Of a DNA stretch of 32,233 nucleotides, positions 22,980 through 32,233 are shown piece after piece. The notes under the pieces were generated by a model. That model was not told the origin of the DNA, did not search any database, and saw only the letters and a list, made by a program, of their open reading frames with translations. The stretch covers positions 1 through 32,233 of the forward strand of contig BDIP01000088.1 in assembly GCA_003568945.1 (NCBI GenBank), written 5' to 3'. Both the position numbers and the translations under genes were made by a program. This DNA is from Kipferlia bialata (lineage: Eukaryota). Every line of letters begins with the position of its first letter. Positions within the stretch are counted from its first letter, which is position 1.

Positions 22980-25900
22980 TTAAGGATGCTTGGAGTCTGC
23001 TAGTGCACTCCACTTGTCTCGGTTGATTAGTGCCTAGAATGGGTGACTAAATGCATATGCATGCAAGACCTGAATTTACCAAGGATGTGCATTTCCTAAG
23101 ACACACTTTCGCATACCGTATATGATACATGACATATGATATGTAGTGTACCTGATCCAGCAGAGGAGAGACCACTGCTTCGAGGCACTCCATCATGTCT
23201 CTCACAGCCAGGCGCTGGACGGAGGCTGAGGTTAGAATATTTAGTACTTTGTGTAGAGAATTGCGCAGAAAGACACCGAAAGACAAATACATACCGAGGA
23301 ATGGGACCACTGTATCCCTAGAGAACTCCAGCTGACAGGTGTTCATAATGATCTTGGGATCAATTAGGGTCTTGCGTCTGAGGGGCACTATCAACCCTAC
23401 CAAAGCCTCCACCACCCCGCTACCTAGGGACTGTCTAGTTCTATCCCTAGCAAACCTATGAGCCACGTCCCATGGTCGAGCGGCATTGCATGGAGTGAGA
23501 CACAACCTGTGACTTGAACATATAATAACAATATAGTACATATTGAACATATGACCACAACATACTCAAAGTAGATGCGTTGAACCTACCTATTGTAGCC
23601 ATCACTGCAATCACCTTCCCAATCAGTAGCTGCCCCTTACACTCCACAGACTCAGGGTGATGGAGTGATCTTAGCACAGCATCAGTGTCATCTGTCGAGT
23701 CGGACTGGCACACACTTGCGCCTCTCACGATGTACCTAAGACTATGTATTGACGGAATGTTGGTCGCCCTGATTATGCCATGAAGATGGGATTCAGTGCC
23801 TAACGGGAGGTTCCGCAGTAGACCAAAGTGCCGACAGAGAGAGAGCATCACACTTGAAGCCTAGGGTTAATATATGTGCCAGAGTAATGAGCCTGTATGC
23901 CAAACCTGATTCTCATATGGGGCCTCTGAACCATGTAGCGACGCCAGCGGGTGCATTGTGTTGACAATGTAGTCTCTCGAGAATCCTGCTCGATCAATGT
24001 TGCGGCTGACGACCCCTAGTAAGAGCAGGAACCGACAAGTTGGTGTCATGAGAGTAGCGGTGTGGGGCTGGGTGTGGAAGCGGGATGACGCCACAACAGC
24101 AATCTGCAGCATATCTAGCGTGTGCACCCAGTTGGTGAAGGGACAGTGATGTGTCAAAGACCGGACATAGAGGAGATACCCCGTCATATCCTAGAATGAG
24201 TACAACATGGGCAGGTAAGTACCCTATTAGCGTGCTCCTCTCCCATTTACCTTCAGTGTACACTTTGTGAGCTCGTGGTACTTGTGTCTGACAAACACAA
24301 AGAGGAATAGGAAGATGAAGGAACCGGGCCCAACACACTCTTCAAAAGAGTGGGCATCGAAGTTCATATCTGTCATGGCTCTGGTGTTGATATGGGACCC
24401 ATCTATTTCATACTACTACAGTATCTGTACGGTCACCGAGTGTAAGACTACCTAGCCAACTGGCAATGACAAAGTTTACCACATACCTTGCCAAGGACGT
24501 GTGAGTGCTTTCATCCGATAACATATAGTTGAATCGTGCCATGGTGACATCACACTACTTGTGAGAAAGAGAGTATACTCATTGTCAGAACATGGTCGAT
24601 ACACTTAGTGTATAACGAGTAGATACAGAGTACAGAGTCACCACGTAACGTACTTCCATGCTTAAGTGTGTGCTTGACGACTGCAATTTTAGTTGAGTGG
24701 TCACATTTGCCGGAAGAGTGAGCCTCAACTGATTGGGAGGAACACCACAACCAGAGAGGAAGTAGTGTGCCAACCTGGGATGGAGATCAGCATCCAAATA
24801 ATACTCTAAATATCAACACCGCACTCAGTTTAGGTACACAAGGTTTTTAGTATGTGATCAAGTATATAAGGTATCCATACTTGGCTGTTGGCTTGGGTAC
24901 CACTGGCAGGTCTCGGTACCGATGACACGAAGGGTCCTCTCTGGAGCTCCCTCTCTCAGCAGATTCCTCAAGACCACCTGTTGTAGCCCTCGTGTGAGAC
25001 TGCCGCTCACTGTACCTGTGATTAGAACTACTACTAGAACTCTTTTAGCGGTGAGTGGTACTTGTAAAGATAGGAGCCATTAGGTAGTCATAATCTATGA
25101 CTACCGACCTTAGCGAGAGCACATCTATAGAGGGACTGTCCGGTCCCATCCACCCGTGTCTACTACGACTCTCTGCGCTTGGTTTCAGACCTATTTGAAT
25201 GTGTCTGATTGTAAGCGGAAGCGTCAGCGTTGGATTTGTGTGAGTTACAACAATTATATGAACGGCAACCACATACCCAGCATTCGGAAATGTGCCTCCC
25301 GGGCGATCCATAATGATCTCGTTATACCCTCCTATCAGTGTGCACCCAGTGTCGCTCCAGCGAACAGGGTATGCCACGGCGCTCAAGAGCACGTATCTGA
25401 GAGGATCAGTATTATTGAATGTAACAGTAGCGACCATAATTCTCTCTGACTGAGATTAGTAAATACCGATGGTACCTTGCCTGCTCCCCTGGAAACAGCA
25501 CCCAGGACCGAAACTGCACAATGTACGGATCTCCATGCATCAGGCAGCGTTGAAGCGTGGCCACACACACTTGAGCGTCCCCAACCTCTATACTCCCAAA
25601 GTATGTGTCTCTAATGGCTTCATGACATCTCTCATCAGCTGCTAATCCCATGGTCTGCAGCCAGTCTTCTGTCACCCGAACCTAGCTATCAGAAGCGCAT
25701 ATTGTAACAAGAACCTCTTGTATTGAGAGTATCCTGATATTGTATGAACAACCAGATGAAGACCGGTAGAACTTACCTGTTTCCCAGCAGGGTTAATCAT
25801 CCAGCCTCCAACATATCCATGAGGCTTTGCACTCACAGACAACAGCTCTCGAAGTCTCTTGGTACTAAGAACTATGGGACGGTTAGTCTTTACTCCTCTC

Positions 25901-28687
25901 CTCGCAGATATTTCTGAAAGGCGGTCTCCGGAGAGGAGCCCTGTCTCACTCTCCGACACCGAGACAGATATGTCGAGGCTCGATGAATAGGAAGTCTCTT
26001 CGGGAGGAATGTACACGTGACGCAACCCTGCTAATCAGCGACTCTTGTTGAAAGTCATAACGGGATCCAGTCCAATCTAATATCCTCTTGTTACCTGATG
26101 GTTTAGGTATGAACTTGGTATTCTCTACTGGGGACACATCACGGGATGGGAACTTCTTCTCTGCACACTGATCAGCGCAGTCCAGAAAGCTCATGGAGAT
26201 CTGATCTGTTTCACTGGTGTCATGAATAGTGGTCCGAGAGAGAATGGTGTTGACAGCAATGCCAATGTAACCTACCCGAGAGAACAATGATCGGTACATA
26301 CCTGTCACGAAACAACCCAAGTCCCACAGGAAAGTCTTCAAACGACTCTGGAGAGGAAGATGATGATGAATCGAGGTGTCCCACTGGGGCTGGGGTGTAG
26401 TCAAGACCTTCAATAAGGTTGACACCATCATCCCTCCTGGTTTGTAAGCATCAGCAAAGGAGATTACTTAGACTGGGATATATGAACCCACAACGGTTAA
26501 CACTGACTTCCCTTGCAGCAAACGCCTTCTCCGCATCTGTCATGTATAACTGACTTGCGACAATGCTTCGCTTTAGACTGCGCAGTATGGCTGATGTCTC
26601 AATGAGAGCGGGATCTCGGCAGAGTTCCTGAGATGAGCCTGTGTACACATATCCGTTTGGTGTTCCATATTGACCAATATTTACCCACCTGCATCACCAG
26701 TGTCAGTTCATCTGCAGGTGTCGTCACATCGAATGGGCCACATACTCCAGAATGATCCCGGCACAGAAGGAGGGGGTTCATGGGTGAGACTGTGTCTACC
26801 AGTACGTTGCTAACACTGGTCGTAAGATATATCAGAATGAGGCTGCCACAAACAGCATCTTGTCAGATCACTCATCGCGGCATACTCAGTACACTGTATA
26901 CTGTACAATAACCACTAGATCATTTCATACGGTTGACATACCTCGACAGAAACAGTCTTCCTACTCGACCACAAGGGTCACTGAACACCAAAGATAGCCG
27001 TCTGAGTCCAAAGAAGTACAGCAAATGCATAACAGATATGCGACGCACTATTGTTCGACTCATGTCACCCTGAGAGCCTGTTATGGCGAAGCGGTGAACA
27101 ATGTAGGTGTCTTGCAGAAGTGATATCGACAGATGGCGCATGAAGGTCTCTTGGCCAGCTGGGGTGGGGTGGTAGAGGAGATGGATATGAAAGGAGTAGT
27201 ATACATCCTCACGGTTCCCTCAGGAAGAGCCCTACCTAGGTCAAGAGCATGCAACGCCGGTATGTTATCCATTCCCCTACAGATGAGTAGTGCATGAACA
27301 GTAGATATTGCGGTACTCAATATGAATATGGCAAACATGTCATTATGAAGAAGTCACCGGGGCCTCTTACATATCACTGTCAGTATGCTAACTTAACAGT
27401 GCTAAGTACACTACACCCAGACCATGCTCTGTTCATCGTACCATGCGGTCTTCCGTGCTGGTGTCATCTGGGGTGAGATGAGAGTGGGTCAAGTACTAAT
27501 GAGCGGGTGAAGTGTAGTATCTAAACCCAATACTTCGACAGTATTCTACACTCACCATAGGAACTGAGTCACATGCACCCTCATAGAGCTCATTCAGTAT
27601 AGTTGGGTATTCAGCGTCTTGCGTATACCCTTGGATCCTAGAGTTAGATGTAAGTGGTTCATACTATGTATCACACGTCGCTAGACATGTGAGTTAGTGC
27701 CTAGGACATGAATACCGGCGCGTATCACCTGATGAAGTGGTGCACCACAGCGCATATCTTGCTGGCATGTGTCTGTAGGGGTTGCAGTGCTCCCCTATAC
27801 GGAGTTGTTGTCTGTCCAAGAGCCAACGCCAGCAGGGGCTCATACACAAAGACCGGTGGAAACATGACCGACACGGCATCAAAGAGAAGAACGATGGATA
27901 TGGTATGGGTGCAGGTGCGGTTGCCAGTGGCTGAGAGTATGAGCCCTGAGACAGTCACATTGGTCCCAATCAAGAGCCACAATACTACTACAGTGCTGAC
28001 GCGGTGAAAAAAGGCTGAATCCCCGAATATCGGACTGACATGAGTCATTTTGGAGACATCAGTGTATATTGTATATGAGTTTCATTAGAGTGGTACTACT
28101 CTGAGCCATAACAGCATGGTATTGTACCTGGAGCCTTTGGTCTCATCCAACAGCCTGTCTGGCACTGTTAGACAGAGCCCTGCCACCACACAGTCAGGCA
28201 GAGTGGACATAACCACAAGTAGGGCAGCACTGTGCTCAGACATACGGCCGAAGCTGGCTGCAAGGATACACCCACACCCAAACACATGCATCATTTGACT
28301 CAGGCACAGAAGAGCAGCAACACACTTGAGTACTCTCGGGTGTGACATGTACATCTTTAGAGAGTCCAGAATGACTGGGGTTAGGCGGCAAGAAGTGGGA
28401 TCAGTGTCCGTATCAGGATGATGATACTACAGTCCTTGGACAACAGTAGTTGCATGAATAACATTTACACTAGAAATAACCGATGGACATATATACGTCT
28501 AGTGTTATGGACTAGATATGTCTGTCATGTATGTGTTACCACCCCCACCTGCCCGTTGTGACTGCTGGAGCATGAACATGGCCATCCTGTCAAGGAGGGC
28601 GGTGGAGGCAACATAGTGCGGCAATACTAGCATTCCACACACCACAAACACCAGCAGGTGCCGGTTAGCGAGATCCGTCCACAACAT
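22980..28687 (-). CDS. Tandem paralog (copy B) of the multi-TM + PAS + degenerate PDE protein; upstream exon possible
   Basis: Collinear exon-by-exon similarity to 17126-22645, for example MLWTDLANRHLLVFVVC vs MRWNNLANVHLWVFVVC, GPFDVTTPADEL in both, and near-identical PDE-like exons at 23900-24190 and 23300-23490. Ends NRDKW..KHP* at 22980. Confidence 0.75.
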
Positions 28688-28985
28688 GTGCTGAAGCTGC
28701 AGAGAAACCCTCTCTCGGTCTGCGCTAGGTGGGGTGTATTAAGTGCACTGGTTAGAGAGGATTGGTTACCACCTGCCGGTTGACCCACACTACCCTGTGC
28801 CCTATGCTCTCCTCTACAGTGGATTTCAGCCACATGAGAGGTTTCTCCTGGCACTGTAGTATTCAATGCAGCTGTAAAGAGACCGAAGCTAAGATACGGC
28901 ATGTCAAATCTGGCATGATTGGCTAAAGGGACCAGCATGTCAAAAACACAGTTGTGACCTCTGATGTGTGTTCTTCAGAGGCCTA

Positions 28986-29372
28986 ATGCGAGTGGGGCTC
29001 CTTGTTGCACTGCTTCTAGCCCTGTTAGGCACAGCCCTGTGTAGCTACACAGTCACATCCTTTGAGTCAACGAAGGTATGGAAGGGTTGAATTGGCACTC
29101 CTGTCTCTCTCAGTCGGTGTCGAGAGTGGAGTATAACAGGGCATTGTTTCTGCATACATATGCATGCATATCATATCATTCATCACTCTGGGTATTGTTA
29201 TAGTGGCCTCTAGTGTGTATGGAGTGGGCATTGGTGATACTCTCGTGAAATATCTGACCCTCACACTGATCACTCCCCTCTCTTGTTTTACCCCCAGGCT
29301 GGCTTCGATGGCACCCTCTCCCTGGCTGCCCCAGGGCCATACGGCACAGACATCGAGGAGCTCATGTTTGAG
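28986..29372 (+). CDS. Secreted GH31 alpha-glucosidase-like protein, first two exons only
   Basis: Exons 28986-29075 and 29298-29372 give MRVGLLVALLLALLGTALCS|YTVTSFESTKAGFDGTLSLAAPGPYGTDIEELMFE. This is a signal peptide followed by the YxVxxxxxTxxGxxxxLxL...YGxDIxxLxxE start typical of the GH31 N-terminal beta domain. Confidence 0.6.
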
Positions 29373-29396
29373 GTACATTCACACCTAGTGTGTATA

Positions 29397-29397
<1 letters not shown>

Positions 29398-29446
<49 letters not shown>

Positions 29447-29468
29447 GGCCCCCCCCCCCCCCCCCCCC
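29398..29468 (+). repeat. Poly-C tract between the GH31 and exonuclease exons
   Basis: About 47 C, then TCGG, then about 20 C. Confidence 0.95.
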
Positions 29469-29531
29469 GTTTCTTGAATCGAAAGATATACTCACACTAT
29501 CTATATATGAATGAATATTTTCTGACGTCAG

Positions 29532-31657
29532 GCTGCACTGCTGCCAACCTGTGCTCTGCCCCCTCGAGGGAAGAGGTCATGGACAGGGTGGTGTCCATAC
29601 TGCTCTCTAACCAGGATACTGGGGAGGTATGGGTATTTATTATATATATATATATATATATTTATATCTGTATAGAAGGAGAGAGAGAGAGAGAGAGAGA
29701 AGAGGTCATGGACAGGGTGGTGTCAATACTGCTATCTAACCAGGATACTGGGGAGGTAGGGATGTATCTATAGTATATACATTTATATATATATTGGGAG
29801 AGAGAGAGGGAGAGAGAGGCTGCTGTCCAACCAGGACACGGGGGAGATAAGGGCACATGTCGAGTATATGTAGTGTATATAGATTTGCCACTGCCTATTA
29901 TTTTATATTTAATAGAGTATTGGTTGTATGTGGTAATGTTCATATATAGTGCTTACCCCCTCAGGTCTGGGACGGGACTGCCACTGCCGTACCCAGTGAG
30001 GACAGTGACTTTGGAACAGAGGGAGAGGGAGAGGGAGAGGGAGAGGGAGAGGGAGAGGGTGATGTGCACATGGTGCCCAGACAGAGATACGAGGACGCAT
30101 GCACTAGGGCAGAGAGACTCCCTATCATAGTAGGTATGGGTATATGGTACTGTATATATATGTATAATGTNNNNNNNNNNNNNNNNNNNNNNNNNNNNNN
30201 NNNNNNNNNNNNNNNNNNNNNNNNNNNNNNNNNNNNNNNNNNNNNNNNNNNNNNNNNNNNNNNNNNNNNNNNNNNNNNNNNNNNNNNNNNNNNNNNNNNN
30301 NNNNNNNNNNNNNNNNNNNNNNNNNNNNNNNNNNNNNNNNNNNNNNNNNNNNNNNNNNNNNNNNNNNNNNNNNNNNNNNNNNNNNNNNNNNNNNNNNNNN
30401 NNNNNNNNNNNNNNNNNNNNNNNNNNNNNNNNNNNNNNNNNNNNNNNNNNNNNNNNNNNNNNNNNNNNNNNNNNNNNNNNNNNNNNNNNNNNNNNNNNNN
30501 NNNNNNNNNNNNNNNNNNNNNNNNNNNNNNNNNNNNNNNNNNNNNNNNNNNNNNNNNNNNNNNNNNNNNNNNNNNNNNNNNNNNNNNNNNNNNNNNNNNN
30601 NNNNNNNNNNNNNNNNNNNNNNNNNNNNNNNNNNNNNNNNNNNNNNNNNNNNNNNNNNNNNNNNNNNNNNNNNNNNNNNNNNNNNNNNNNNNNNNNNNNN
30701 NNNNNNNNNNNNNNNNNNNNNNNNNNNNNNNNNNNNNNNNNNNNNNNNNNNNNNNNNNNNNNNNNNNNNNNNNNNNNNNNNNNNNNNNNNNNNNNNNNNN
30801 NNNNNNNNNNNNNNNNNNNNNNNNNNNNNNNNNNNNNNNNNNNNNNNNNNNNNNNNNNNNNNNNNNNNNNNNNNNNNNNNNNNNNNNNNNNNNNNNNNNN
30901 NNNNNNNNNNNNNNNNNNNNNNNNNNNNNNNNNNNNNNNNNNNNNNNNNNNNNNNNNNNNNNNNNNNNNNNNNNNNNNNNNNNNNNNNNNNNNNNNNNNN
31001 NNNNNNNNNNNNNNNNNNNNNNNNNNNNNNNNNNNNNNNNNNNNNNNNNNNNNNNNNNNNNNNNNNNNNNNNNNNNNNNNNNNNNNNNNNNNNNNNNNNN
31101 NNNNNNNNNNNNNNNNNNNNNNNNNNNNNNNNNNNNNNNNNNNNNNNNNNNNNNNNNTATACTACATCTGACACTAGGCCACTCCCCTGAGAATGACCTT
31201 GCTGCCATGCACATTCTCTCTCTCTCTCACACACACACACACACTCTCTCTCTCTACACCCTAAACTCTCTCGCTCTGTACCCACCCCCAGGCCACTCCC
31301 CTGAGAATGACCTTGCTGCCATGCACCTGCAGTGGCCACTGGTGGTAGATACAGCTGAGCTATTTAAGGTACTTTAGTATATATATATATATAGAGAGAG
31401 AGAGAGTATATTCATCTTGCAGTGGCCACTGGTGGTGGACACAGCTGAGCTGTTCAAGGTATAGTGTATACTGTCAGTATAGCTTCTACTTACCGCTATT
31501 AATTATTATAACAACTACTCACAGCTCTAAACATGTTTGCTCTGTGGATATGATATCCTATCTCTCTCTGTTTGTAATATCTCACCCCAGGACAGCGATG
31601 GCAGGAGACACAAGCTGAAGCATCTGGCCAAGAACTACCTGGCATTCACCATCCAGG
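29532..31657 (+). CDS. REX1/REX4-type DEDDh 3'-5' RNA exonuclease, internal fragment (5' part absent, 3' part beyond the window)
   Basis: Exons give GCTAANLCSAPSREEVMDRVVSILL...PIIVGHSPENDLAAMHLQWPLVVDTAELFKDSDGRRHKLKHLAKNYLAFTIQG, matching SGITxxxLxxAPxxxEVxxxV..IVGHSLxNDLxxL..VxDTAxLF..xLKxLAxxYLxxxIQ. Confidence 0.85.
30019..30060 (+). repeat. (GAGGGA)n coding repeat encoding a Glu-Gly run in an acidic insert of the exonuclease
   Basis: Hexamer tandem read in frame as EGEGEGEGEGEGEG. Confidence 0.8.
30171..31157. other. Assembly gap (N run) inside an exonuclease intron
   Basis: The flanking exons join in phase (...IIV G|GC CAC = IVGHS), so the gap is probably intronic. Confidence 0.95.
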
Positions 31658-32233
31658 GTATGTATAGTATGTGTATGAATTTAATGCGGGGACTATAGTG
31701 TTTGTAGATATATATACACACTGGTGTACATATTGTATATGTATATATGTGTTAAATATACACCTGGTCAAGAACTACCTGGCATTCACCATCCAGGGTG
31801 GGTATATGTATGCATGGATATACATGTATACACGTAAGGATAGTGGAATGTATATATACATGTATATATGCAAGAGGCACCTGGCCAAGAACTACCTGGC
31901 ATTCACTATCCAGGGTATGCATAGTGTGTGTGTGTATATATGTATATATGTGTGTATATACACATGTATATATGTGTGTATATAGATAGATGTTGGCATT
32001 ACCATACATGTTGTGTAGCAAATATGTATATACACCCAATATACACCTGGGCAAGAACTACCTGACATTCACCATACAGGGTAGGGTCTGTCTGTCTCCC
32101 TCTCTTTCTCTGAAAATTTGTATATATACCTTCATATGCACTTATCCCAGAGTCCCATGGCACCTCTGGTCATGACCCCATGACTCCCCCCCCCCCACCC
32201 CTCTATCTCTCTCCATATATATTCATATATATA

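Larger units (their letters stand above)
29699..32080 (+). repeat. Intronic duplicates of exonuclease exon ends, embedded in TA/GA/CA microsatellites
   Basis: Copies at about 29699-29755, 29820-29846, 31178-31212, 31417-31458, 31761-31797, 31878-31914 and 32044-32080. Confidence 0.9.

Noticed and set aside
17126..28687. Reading the PDE-like pair as pseudogenes or a mobile element
   Set aside because: The exons inspected are open, splice sites are kept in both copies, the catalytic substitutions are shared, and no transposase or RT motifs or terminal repeats are seen.
29390..29773. Poly-proline or poly-glycine ORFs (also at 6105-6449, 14011-14757, 15503-15982)
   Set aside because: These are translations of non-coding homopolymer tracts, not formin or extensin-like proteins.
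29961..31377. Long ORFs of 330-440 aa
   Set aside because: Artefacts of reading through the N gap.
31620..32080. Four ~37-nt direct repeats with spacers, superficially CRISPR-like
   Set aside because: The repeats are copies of an exonuclease exon end, the spacers are microsatellite-rich and of unequal length, the context is eukaryotic, and no cas genes are present.
1..32233. tRNA, rRNA or transposon genes
   Set aside because: None recognisable by eye. tRNAscan-SE, Infernal and repeat searches were not run.

Overview
Intron-rich eukaryotic genomic DNA, not prokaryotic. It has short GT-AG introns whose branch-point-like motif sits directly on the acceptor (YT[A/C/G]ACCCCAG), GC3-rich exons and very short intergenic spacers. 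The style suggests a free-living fornicate protist such as Kipferlia, but that is inference and has not been verified. Splicing by eye gives about 12 genes or gene pieces: a degenerate (P-loop-less) kinesin with a coiled-coil tail; a winged-helix linker histone H1; Trm11; a BFD-like [2Fe-2S]-FAD oxidase fusion; a DUF4326 protein; an LBP/BPI lipid-binding protein; the 5' half of APC10; a hotdog acyl-CoA thioesterase; two tandem paralogous multi-TM + PAS + catalytically degenerate cNMP phosphodiesterase genes; the 5' end of a GH31 alpha-glucosidase; and an internal part of a REX1/REX4-type DEDDh exonuclease. The most notable signals are the tandem TM-PAS-pseudoPDE receptor-like pair, the pseudokinesin, 'echo' copies of exon ends inside the exonuclease introns, and intronic poly-C tracts at which at least two genes switch identity (likely assembly mis-joins). 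All exon coordinates and family calls are from manual motif reading, with no database searches.
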